A DNA stretch of 64,000 nt from the IMG/VR virus record IMGVR_UViG_3300037755_000850, positions 32,348-96,347 of that record; one strand, written 5' to 3'. The position numbers and the translations under genes are program-made. Positions 9,699-17,435 of the stretch are shown here, piece after piece; position 1 is the stretch's first letter, and each line of letters begins with the position of its first letter. The stretch comes from a virus. The notes under the pieces were generated by a model, which had not been told where the DNA came from, searched no databases, and was given only the letters and a program-made list of their open reading frames with translations.

Positions 9699-9771
9699 TG
9701 CGGGTGGGCATAGTGCTCAGGGGGGTCTCATAAGCCTCCATTGCCGGGGGCAGTACCCGGACCCGCTACCA
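9699..9771 (+). tRNA. Atypical initiator-like tRNA-Met(CAT)
   Basis: Acceptor (T)GCGGGT/ACCCGC(T)ACCA; loop CTCATAA; T-loop GGCAGTA; short D arm. Confidence 0.65.
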
Positions 9772-9773
9772 TC

Positions 9774-10177
9774 TTGCAGTTCCCCATGAAGGTTCTGCAC
9801 TATGCGGGGGATCTGGTCCATCGCACGGGTTCCAGGTCAGATCATTAACCCTCATGCTAATGATCACCCCGCGCCCATTCCAGCTCTGTTTTGCTCATTT
9901 TCAGAGCTGGTGTACAGACGGCCCGGTGTTTCCGTGGAAGGTCATGGCGGGCCGTCTGCTTACAAGGTTCGGGCAGGAGCCTTTCGCCGTGCACGGCGAA
10001 AGGCTAGCCGCTAGTGAGGACGACAGCGCACCCTCCCTGCCCATCTAAGACCTGCTTCGGCAGGCCAGCCGGGGATAAGCTCCCGGCTGTAAGGTTTCGA
10101 GTTCTGGCGGCGGCGCAAATGCGCACAAAACTAGATGCGAGGATGTCCCGGCGATGCTAGGCCCTTCGCCGCCAGAT
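9774..10177 (+). ncRNA. Unassigned highly structured RNA inside tRNA cluster
   Basis: Eight or more consecutive GC-rich hairpins incl. C(UUCG)G loop; no convincing CDS. Confidence 0.5.
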
Positions 10178-10180
10178 GTC

Positions 10181-10255
10181 TTGGGTGTAGCTTAGTGGCT
10201 AAAGCAACGGTCTCCAAAACCGTGATCGCCGGTTCGATTCCGGTCACCCTTGCCA
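10181..10255 (+). tRNA. tRNA-Trp(CCA) with two terminal acceptor mismatches
   Basis: ACGGT-CTCCAAA-ACCGT; GGTTCGATTCC; G73-CCA. Confidence 0.85.
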
Positions 10256-10272
10256 TTCTATTAGATGATTAT

Positions 10273-10358
10273 GCGGGGTCCGCAAGGATAAGATCTACAG
10301 ACACCATGGATAGGTCTGTAGCGTAGAAGCGTCGGGGAGACCTGCCCGCCCCGCTCCA
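10273..10358 (+). ncRNA. tRNA-like element ending in UCCA
   Basis: GCGGGG/CCCCGC terminal stem + TCCA; GCAA tetraloop; 8-bp central stem; non-canonical T arm. Confidence 0.45.
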
Positions 10359-10363
10359 GTTTC

Positions 10364-10439
10364 GGATGGGTAGCTCAGTGGTCAGAGCAGCGGTCTTTTA
10401 AATCGCTGGTCGAGGGTTCGAATCCCTCCCCATCCTCCA
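10364..10439 (+). tRNA. tRNA-Lys(TTT)
   Basis: Cloverleaf; loop CTTTTAA; CCA. Confidence 0.92.
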
Positions 10440-10440
10440 A

Positions 10441-10516
10441 GGCTCTGTCGTTCAATGGTCAGGACGCCGGGTTGTCAACTCGGTAACGCTGGGTTCAATT
10501 CCCGCCAGAGCCGCCA
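10441..10516 (+). tRNA. tRNA-Asp(GTC)
   Basis: Cloverleaf; loop TTGTCAA; GCCA end. Confidence 0.88.
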
Positions 10517-10528
10517 GAGCCGCCAGAG
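10502..10528 (+). repeat. Triple tandem 9-mer CCGCCAGAG
   Basis: Exact copies at 10502, 10511 and 10520. Confidence 0.9.
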
Positions 10529-10603
10529 GGACCATCGTCTAAAGGTCAGGATACGGCTCTTTCAAAGCTGTGATGGCGAGTTCAAGTCTCCCTGGTCCCG
10601 CCA
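10528..10603 (+). tRNA. tRNA-Glu(TTC)
   Basis: Cloverleaf; loop CTTTCAA; GCCA end. Confidence 0.88.
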
Positions 10604-10627
10604 TTCCCCATAAAATGGAAAATCAAA

Positions 10628-11065
10628 ATGAAAGTTCTATTTCTCGACATTGACGGCGTTTTGAACCATGACGCAACCCAAGAAAGAATAAAGGGGCGCG
10701 GCGGACTGGTTGATGGCTTTGTTGGCATTGATCAGGCCCTGCTCAAGCGCTTCCAGACCTGGCTCAAGGATAAGGATATCAAGATCGTCCTGTCATCGAC
10801 ATGGCGAACGGATGAAGGCACCATGGCCGAGCTGAGGGCCAACGGCATCGAGTGGATTGATGTCACGCCGCGTGCTCGTCTTCGGGGTGATGAAGTTGCG
10901 CAGTGGCTCGCAGAACACGATGTCGATCGATACGCCATTATCGACGATGTTGATGAGTTCCTTTTCGATCAGATGGATTTTCTGGTTCTGACCAACCCCA
11001 GAATTGGTATCACCGATGATGATCTCAAACAGATTGACGCCATACTGGGCCTTGACGGTAAATAG
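10628..11065 (+). CDS. HAD-family phosphatase (Swiss Army Knife RNA-repair HAD type)
   Basis: FLDIDGVLN, IVLSSTWR, RG.EV..WL and YAIIDD motifs. Confidence 0.85.
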   Translation: MKVLFLDIDGVLNHDATQERIKGRGGLVDGFVGIDQALLKRFQTWLKDKDIKIVLSSTWRTDEGTMAELRANGIEWIDVTPRARLRGDEVAQWLAEHDVDRYAIIDDVDEFLFDQMDFLVLTNPRIGITDDDLKQIDAILGLDGK

Positions 11066-11154
11066 AATTTGCTCTATATCTCCTACATGAGAATTAGCAA
11101 ACTGGAAAAATGGAGGTCTCCAATGCAATAGGACAACAAATTGGAGACCTGATC

Positions 11155-11526
11155 ATGGCGCACTATAAGCGCGGTAAATGTCGTCGCAACTGCCCCAAGG
11201 CCATACGTGGCAGTCAAACCAGTTGGCGGGCGCGGTTTGGCATGAAGCCGATCCGCATTGCGTGGGGTGACATCCCGGATTTGCATCGCAGTGCTGAATG
11301 GGACGCGATGTGGCATCCCCGTGGTAGACATGGCAATCGAGGCCGGAAAATCAGCGGCCACTATTCGATGATGAGCAGCTATCCAGCCTGGTGGGATCGC
11401 ACCTTTCACACCAGACCGAGACGGGCTAAAGAAAAGGCAATGGCGCGTCGGATTCTGAAAGATGTTCTTGATCCCGACAATGCTGCATGGCCACTTCAGA
11501 AACGCCCTCATATTTACTATTGGTAA
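11155..11526 (+). CDS. Basic hypothetical protein
   Basis: RBS GGAG; Arg/Trp-rich; PAWWDRTFHTRPRR...PHIYYW. Confidence 0.65.
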   Translation: MAHYKRGKCRRNCPKAIRGSQTSWRARFGMKPIRIAWGDIPDLHRSAEWDAMWHPRGRHGNRGRKISGHYSMMSSYPAWWDRTFHTRPRRAKEKAMARRILKDVLDPDNAAWPLQKRPHIYYW

Positions 11527-11530
11527 ACCC

Positions 11531-12016
11531 GTGGAAAAACAGCCTGAATCCTATTCTCTGGAAATCAACAGCCAGCTGAAGATCCTTGACCGCCTGCACC
11601 GGGCCGAAGCGATCGCGTTCAAGCTGTTCTATCAGCCCAAATCTGATCTTTATGATTATATCAGGAACAGCATTCAGGGGGAACTGGAAATCTCTTGGGA
11701 TCAGCTTTTGAAGCTAGCTGATCCCAAGAAAAGAAAAACCTCAAATGCCGCCGCCGAGGCGATGGGCGAGATCTCCGAACGGATAAACTATGACCTCAAC
11801 CAGTTGCTGATCCAGATGGCGATGCTGCAAGACGCCTTCAGAGCCATTGAGAAAATGGAGGTCAACCAGAAGGATGCCGCCCAGACCTGCTGGATCAGCA
11901 TCCAGTCCCAGATCCTCGATTTACGCAAGAAAGTCCTCGAAAAAGTCCCCGAAGAACTTAAGCTGAAAGTACCCGATCATGAGTCCCAAGTCCCCCAAGA
12001 TTCACTCCACGGATAA
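11531..12016 (+). CDS. Hypothetical helical protein
   Basis: GTG start inside ORF 11462..12016. Confidence 0.55.
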   Translation: MEKQPESYSLEINSQLKILDRLHRAEAIAFKLFYQPKSDLYDYIRNSIQGELEISWDQLLKLADPKKRKTSNAAAEAMGEISERINYDLNQLLIQMAMLQDAFRAIEKMEVNQKDAAQTCWISIQSQILDLRKKVLEKVPEELKLKVPDHESQVPQDSLHG

Positions 12017-12356
12017 AAGCCTGATTGATGCCGCCACCGGTAGTGGCGCAGTGGCGCTGACACCGGAATTGCTGGAACAAATGCGTCAGAACTATCAGGA
12101 AAACATGAAGGACATCGCCGAGCGTTACCCAAAACTGGTTGCGGCCTGCGATTATGAAACCCGGCTGGCGATCACCGCCCAAGTTTTCAAGGCGATTGTT
12201 GATCACGCGCGAGAGAGCGGCACCTATAGGTATCTGATATACGAACGCCTTGGATTCGGCCCGGATGCCTATGTACCCCTGTATGAAGCGGGAGGGATGG
12301 AAATTTCCAATGAATTCGAGCTGCCACCTCTTGATGGCAGCAAAGAATCACACTAG
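11979..12356 (+). CDS. Hypothetical phage protein
   Basis: GTYRYLIYERLGFGPDAYVPLYEAGGMEISN motif. Confidence 0.7.
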   Translation: MSPKSPKIHSTDKSLIDAATGSGAVALTPELLEQMRQNYQENMKDIAERYPKLVAACDYETRLAITAQVFKAIVDHARESGTYRYLIYERLGFGPDAYVPLYEAGGMEISNEFELPPLDGSKESH

Positions 12357-12426
12357 ACAGAAAACGCTCACCGGGATGGCGATCTTGTCTCCTGCCGTTG
12401 GCCTGAGTCCCCGATGAGCGTTCCCA

Positions 12427-12534
12427 TTATTTCTTCTTGCCGCCGCCCTTGCTTGGATAGCCGCCCCCAGATGGGCCTTTGCCACCTGATGGTGCACTCG
12501 GCTTGCAAGAACCGCCTTTACCTTTTCCAGCCAT
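12427..12534 (-). CDS. Small Gly/Lys-rich protein (35 aa; below ORF-track cutoff)
   Basis: RBS TAGGAG; MAGKGKGGSCKPSAPSGGKGPSGGGYPSKGGGKKK; downstream hairpin + T-run. Confidence 0.6.
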   Translation of the reverse strand: MAGKGKGGSCKPSAPSGGKGPSGGGYPSKGGGKKK

Positions 12535-12633
12535 GATAAGCTCCTATTGTTAATAGAAGTTCAACCGTTTTGGGATTCGGCTGAAAAGTCAAGTCTTGCA
12601 TGTCCGCACGGAATATATTACATTGGCATAAAT

Positions 12634-12733
12634 GGAAGGGTAAGCCGAAAGATTGCTGGTTAGCGGCGGCGGTCCTGAAAACCGATGGGCTCCGAAAGGT
12701 GTCGTGGGGGTTCGAATCCCTCCCCTTCCGCCA
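12634..12733 (+). tRNA. tRNA-Ser(TGA)
   Basis: GGAAGGG/CCCTTCC-GCCA; long variable arm; loop CCTGAAA; enlarged D loop. Confidence 0.8.
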
Positions 12734-12941
12734 TTTAAGGATAACACATGTGGTGGTGTATCGACCTCAGCATCGTACAGCCGGAGACACAACACTGGCG
12801 CTCCATCGAACGCTGGGTCAAGGCTGAGACTGGACCGGAAGCCGTAATCGAGTTTTTGAATACAATCGACTTCAAGGATGGTGAGCTGATTCATTTCATG
12901 CATATCAGCAGGCCAAGCAAGAATGCACCGCTATAAGGATA

Positions 12942-13634
12942 ATGGCTATGGCTGAATTCCATCCAGACCTTTCAGATAGACAACGTGCCGAGCGTGAACT
13001 GGCCATGAAACTGCATGAAATAAATGTTCGGGCAGCAATGCAACAGGCATGTGACCTCTCTACAATGACAGATCAACAACTCGAAGACCACCAGGACAAA
13101 CTGCTAATTGGATTAAAGGCCCAAGAGCTTGAATGGCTGAAGTCCATGAGCGATGGAGACATTGACACATCCGATATTCCGGAAGTTCAGGACTGGTCCG
13201 GCGCTGAGCGTGGGAAATTCTATCGTCCGGTGGGGCAATGCGTCACTCTTGATGGCGTCGTAACGAGTCTCAAGCCAAGTGACCTAAAAGAAGGCAACGC
13301 CGTTTATCTCGAAGACATCAGGAAATCAATTGCAGACGTAACCGGGATTCCAAAAGCGATGATGAGCAATGACACACTGGACGATCATGGACCTGTGACA
13401 CTTCCATCAACCGAACAACTGGTGCAAACTCTGGTGGAAAAATACGGCATCGATCCAGACAAGCTCCGCATCACTGTGGTTGATCAAGTTGCTGCCGCCA
13501 CCCCGGATCTTGATATCAGCGTCGGTACTGTCGAGCCTGCCAATCCGGTTTTCGCCGCCATGAGTGCGATGCGAAACCAGTTCGAACATCCCAGTCTGCG
13601 TATGGTGAATAAGCAGGATCGGTCAAAACCATGA
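12942..13634 (+). CDS. Hypothetical protein with BrnA-antitoxin-like segment
   Basis: MSDGDIDTSDIPEVQDWSGAERGKFYRPV resembles the BrnA N-terminus. Confidence 0.55.
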   Translation: MAMAEFHPDLSDRQRAERELAMKLHEINVRAAMQQACDLSTMTDQQLEDHQDKLLIGLKAQELEWLKSMSDGDIDTSDIPEVQDWSGAERGKFYRPVGQCVTLDGVVTSLKPSDLKEGNAVYLEDIRKSIADVTGIPKAMMSNDTLDDHGPVTLPSTEQLVQTLVEKYGIDPDKLRITVVDQVAAATPDLDISVGTVEPANPVFAAMSAMRNQFEHPSLRMVNKQDRSKP

Positions 13635-13924
13635 AAATCCTTTCCACTATTGCCTTTTTTGCCTTGATGGTTAATCCAATACAAGCTGAATATATCAGCT
13701 ACAAGGACGACTGGAAAGCACCAGTGCCGATTGCCATCCCCGCACCATCCAAGGCAATCTATGTCGTGGTTGTCGATTGGCTGGGCAATGAAGAGTTCGA
13801 AATGCGCGTCGATAAAATGATTGTTGAGCGCTTCAATCTCAAGGCTGGTGATCGGGTTTCAGCCACTCAGGCGTTCAAGATCCGGGCGGCACAGAATGAG
13901 CTTGAGGCGATGAAGCTTCGATGA
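13631..13924 (+). CDS. Secreted hypothetical protein
   Basis: Signal-peptide-like N-terminus. Confidence 0.55.
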   Translation: MKILSTIAFFALMVNPIQAEYISYKDDWKAPVPIAIPAPSKAIYVVVVDWLGNEEFEMRVDKMIVERFNLKAGDRVSATQAFKIRAAQNELEAMKLR

Positions 13925-14029
13925 CACCACCAGATCATAGTTGGCTGCAATGGATCAAGATCAAGCTGGGATTGCGTGAAAACGAGTACGATACCCATAA
14001 TCCCGGCCCGCCGCGCCCAATGACCAGCA

Positions 14030-14398
14030 TCACCCGGCAGCAGCAAGAAAAGCGAAATAAGCAGCGGAGCCAGACGCCACCCAGCTCACCAGAATGAGCA
14101 TCCAGCCCCCGTAAACACCTGCAATCAACGCTGGTGTTGCAACCGCAAAGGCAATCGTCAGCAGCAGCACGGCGGCTTCCATGCGATCGCCCCGTGCACG
14201 CTGTTCATTTCTGATAGATCGCATTCCCGTAATGGTGTTGGTCTGGCCCTTGATCTCCATCACTGTCACCCTGAGATCGGCGCGATTTGCAGCTGATTTG
14301 AAATCATCTTCCTTCATCGATGCAACTGCCAAACAGCAGGCGATAAAAGCCAGATAGATGGCGATGAGGGATCTGGCGCGTTCGCTCATTTGCGGCAA
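14030..14398 (-). CDS. Membrane protein in lysis cassette (holin candidate)
   Basis: Three TM segments; follows the spanins. Confidence 0.45.
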   Translation of the reverse strand: MPQMSERARSLIAIYLAFIACCLAVASMKEDDFKSAANRADLRVTVMEIKGQTNTITGMRSIRNEQRARGDRMEAAVLLLTIAFAVATPALIAGVYGGWMLILVSWVASGSAAYFAFLAAAG

Positions 14399-14646
14399 TC
14401 CTCATAAGCGGCTATTGTTCGCTTGAGAGCCCTGGCCTTGGTGTGGACCTGCGTCACCAACCGTCCCGCCACTTCAACCGCTGTATCGCCGCGTATGACC
14501 GGCTTGCGCCTGCTTTCCGCAACAATGTCGCTCGGGATCGGAGGACAGCGCAAACTGGCGTCACTTATTGCCGGTGGCAAGGGTGAGCAGGCGCTGACGC
14601 TCCAGCTCAGTAAAGCGACAAGCGCCATTATCCTGATTGGCTTCAT
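14386..14646 (-). CDS. o-spanin (Rz1-like lipoprotein)
   Basis: Lipobox VSAC; Pro-rich; overlaps the i-spanin 3' end. Confidence 0.65.
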   Translation of the reverse strand: MKPIRIMALVALLSWSVSACSPLPPAISDASLRCPPIPSDIVAESRRKPVIRGDTAVEVAGRLVTQVHTKARALKRTIAAYEDCRK

Positions 14647-14881
14647 TGACGATTTGCTCCAATTGGCCAGCAAGGCGGGCCGCTTCTTCTTCCGCAGCGC
14701 GGGCGCGGGCGGCGTCAGCCTGTTCGATGGCGATGCGGTGAGCAAGCCCCTCCCGCAAGGCGGCGGCTTCCGCCCGGTATGGCGCGGCGGCATCATGTCT
14801 GATCCACGCAAGGAGCCCGACAGCAACGATGCCGATCAGAAGATAGCGCCCGATCGTGCCGGTGATGAATGACAGTATCAT
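14561..14881 (-). CDS. i-spanin (Rz-like)
   Basis: N-terminal TM, Ala-rich coiled coil, C-terminal Cys; follows the endolysin. Confidence 0.7.
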   Translation of the reverse strand: MILSFITGTIGRYLLIGIVAVGLLAWIRHDAAAPYRAEAAALREGLAHRIAIEQADAARARAAEEEAARLAGQLEQIVNEANQDNGACRFTELERQRLLTLATGNK

Positions 14882-16098
14882 CTCGCGGTATTTGCCCCCG
14901 TCTGATGATCCTCAAGTCGGGCCTGCTGAATATCGCGGAACCAGCGATAGAGGAAATACGACCCGAGAATGATGGCCAGATACCATTTATCGGCAAAGAA
15001 GCTCAAGACATCGGTGAACCCCATGGTGAGCGTCTTCAGCGTGTTGATCTCTTTCAGGATCTCACTTGCACCGATCAGCGCGTCAGCAGCCGTGCCAACC
15101 GCATAGAGCGCTGATCCTGTACCGATTGTCGCCACAGCCTTGACACCCTGATCCGCCTTTCCGACGATGCGGGAGCCGCTTTCACGCAGGTCATCAAGCG
15201 TATCATCGGCGCGCTCGCCTAGCGGCATGGGCTGAACGGTCTCGGCATTGAGAGCCGTGCGGGTCTTGGGGCCAATGATCCCATCCGTGACAAGATCGTT
15301 CTCAGCCTGGAATGTGAGCACCGCTGAACGCGTGCGGGAGCCGAAAATGCCATCAGAGCGGCCAACGGCATAGCCAAGCGCCTTCAGCCGATTCTGGAGC
15401 GCCCCGACAAGCTCACCGCGATCGCCGATCCTGAGCAGGTCGTCATCAACCTTGCCCGAGATCCCCAGCGCATCACAGGCGCGGGAATACCAGATTTGCC
15501 GATCGGCCCAGCCAATCGGATCATATTTCGACAAGGGATTGCCACGGTTGATGGCGTTGCAAACCGATTTCCATCCCCGCTCACCCATGTCACAATATTT
15601 GAGATGCTGGGAAAATTCCCAGCAGGCCGCCTTAAGTGAGATTTCAGCGTTTTCAATCAATTCCGGCTTGTTGCCAAGATCAACGCCGATTGCCTTTCCG
15701 GCCTGTTCGTAACTGTCGCGACCGGTCAGTTGAATCAGACCACCACCCCGGTATCGGTAACCATCATCGTCCTGAAGACCATTGCGTTCATTGCCCATCC
15801 GTCCGCCATAGACAGAATTGGCAAGAGCCTTGGGATTACGGGCAAAGCGTGTTGCTTCAGGACGGGTGGGCCACACCGCGCGAATGCGCGGTGCTGAATA
15901 ATTCATGTTTTCGCGGACAATCGTCAAGCCACCAGACTCGTGGCAGATCGTTGCTAGAAATGCTGCCAATCTCAATGGTGTATTAATGCCGTATTTATCG
16001 AGGTCATCTTTACCGTTGACTAACGCAGAAGCATAGTCCTCATTTGCCTTTGGCGACAAAGTTCTGATAATGTCTTTTGAAATCATGGCCAATATCAC
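14878..16098 (-). CDS. Endolysin: GH19 domain, PG-binding domain, C-terminal TM helices
   Basis: RLAAFLATICHESGG, DGYRYRGGGLIQLTGR, DGIFGSRT...FQ....L..DGIIGPKT. Confidence 0.9.
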   Translation of the reverse strand: MILAMISKDIIRTLSPKANEDYASALVNGKDDLDKYGINTPLRLAAFLATICHESGGLTIVRENMNYSAPRIRAVWPTRPEATRFARNPKALANSVYGGRMGNERNGLQDDDGYRYRGGGLIQLTGRDSYEQAGKAIGVDLGNKPELIENAEISLKAACWEFSQHLKYCDMGERGWKSVCNAINRGNPLSKYDPIGWADRQIWYSRACDALGISGKVDDDLLRIGDRGELVGALQNRLKALGYAVGRSDGIFGSRTRSAVLTFQAENDLVTDGIIGPKTRTALNAETVQPMPLGERADDTLDDLRESGSRIVGKADQGVKAVATIGTGSALYAVGTAADALIGASEILKEINTLKTLTMGFTDVLSFFADKWYLAIILGSYFLYRWFRDIQQARLEDHQTGANTAR

Positions 16099-16119
16099 CG
16101 TTTGTTCTCTAAGAACTTA

Positions 16120-16137
16120 AAGTGATTCGCGTGTCAA
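16120..16137 (-). promoter_or_regulatory. Putative late promoter with GANTC-containing 12-mer
   Basis: Minus strand TTGACA-CGCGAATCACTT upstream of the endolysin; same 12-mer at 21031 and 58598. Confidence 0.5.
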
Positions 16138-16161
16138 GAATATACTTACTTTGGCGGGCAT

Positions 16162-16187
16162 TAAAAAGCCCCTGAAAAGGGGCTGGA
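16162..16187 (-). terminator. Intrinsic terminator
   Basis: AGCCCCT-tttc-AGGGGCT plus T-run on the minus strand. Confidence 0.7.
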
Positions 16188-16209
16188 TTTGAGATTGCAT
16201 GAGTGGGCG

Positions 16210-16803
16210 TCATTTGGCCCGCGCAACGCCGACGATGCGCCCGTTCTCAATTCGGCATGTATCGCCCGTCCGAAACCAGCCATCTGCATTAGCAAGACCT
16301 TGCACGACACCGCCGCATCGGACATGCAGAACATCGTCATGCATCTCGATTTCGACGCCATCGAGCGGCACTCCGTCGATAGCAATGCATCCGGTCTCAG
16401 TCGTTCCGTAGTAATTGCGGACGGGAACATTCAACATGTCTTCGATACGATCCGCATGCTTCTGTATAAAGATGTGAGCGAACCATATCTCTTTCAGGGT
16501 TTTCCATGTGTCTGGATAATCACGTAGCGCCTTCAGGATTGGGCTGTAATTGGTAACCAGAAGCGTTGTGGTTTCATCACCCGGCCATTCCTGCGCATTT
16601 CCGCCGCCATGCTTTACGGCTTCCGTCGCGGTAATCACCTTTATGGTCGTATCAGCGCTAAAGTTGCACGCAACAGCTTGACCAACACGCTCCATATGCA
16701 GCCTCAGCGCTTCGCAACGCGCCGAAATGGCAGCATCACCGATCTCGATCATCTTGCGAGGCCCTGACGTGCCGCTCGTTCTGGCTTTAATCAAGCTGCC
16801 CAT
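16210..16803 (-). CDS. Minimal AMP-binding (ANL adenylation) enzyme-like protein
   Basis: TSGTSGPRK (A3), YYGTTETG (A5) and GWFRTGD (A7) in 197 aa. Confidence 0.65.
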   Translation of the reverse strand: MGSLIKARTSGTSGPRKMIEIGDAAISARCEALRLHMERVGQAVACNFSADTTIKVITATEAVKHGGGNAQEWPGDETTTLLVTNYSPILKALRDYPDTWKTLKEIWFAHIFIQKHADRIEDMLNVPVRNYYGTTETGCIAIDGVPLDGVEIEMHDDVLHVRCGGVVQGLANADGWFRTGDTCRIENGRIVGVARAK

Positions 16804-17435
16804 AAGTATCCTCCTGCCAAGGTATTGCCAAATCCTTCGTCATCCATATCTATAGATACATCAACAAGAGACGCATTTTGTAACTGATATTTTAAATAGT
16901 GGTAATTTATAGCACCGCCATTTAATTCTGCTGTTGCCGCTGGTGACATAGTGCGTGGATTAATAGTTCCACTATTATTTGCGTAAAAACCAAATGCGAT
17001 AAGTGGTAAAGTACCATTCGTAGCAACAATATTCTGAGCCGAAGGATTTCCATCGGTTATCTGAGTTGTTGGCGTTGAAGCCGTTATAGTTGTTATGGCT
17101 ACATCAGGGCGAAAGACGGCAAGTATTTTATCATCAATAAAACCTTCACTCATCCCTGTAAGTGTCGTTTCACTTCCAGTCGCAATTTTATAGCTTACGG
17201 CAACTCTCGTAAAGTCTCCAGCAACATTAATCCAATTTGTAAAACCGGACGGAGTAACTAAACTGGGCGCACCAACCTTATCACTACTAAAATCAGAAAG
17301 TATAATTAGATCACCAGCCTGAACTGTACCTGGAACGGTTATCTGATCCGTCGAGCTATAGGCATCATCGTGGAATGCGAGTGAAGTCACGGAGCCGCCA
17401 GCCGCAACATACGGCGCAGGAAACACAGCGAACAT
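16791..17435 (-). CDS. Tail-fibre-associated/structural protein
   Basis: TGATG coupling to upstream fibre gene; AT-rich; beta-rich (VPGTVQAGDLI...TPSGFT). Confidence 0.6.
   Translation of the reverse strand: MFAVFPAPYVAAGGSVTSLAFHDDAYSSTDQITVPGTVQAGDLIILSDFSSDKVGAPSLVTPSGFTNWINVAGDFTRVAVSYKIATGSETTLTGMSEGFIDDKILAVFRPDVAITTITASTPTTQITDGNPSAQNIVATNGTLPLIAFGFYANNSGTINPRTMSPAATAELNGGAINYHYLKYQLQNASLVDVSIDMDDEGFGNTLAGGYLWAA

Noticed and set aside
9802-10014. tmRNA, suggested by an AND... peptide in ORF 9802-10014 and the nearby GGCAGUA T-loop
   Set aside because: No Ala-type acceptor with G3-U70, poor resume context and no short tag ending in AA
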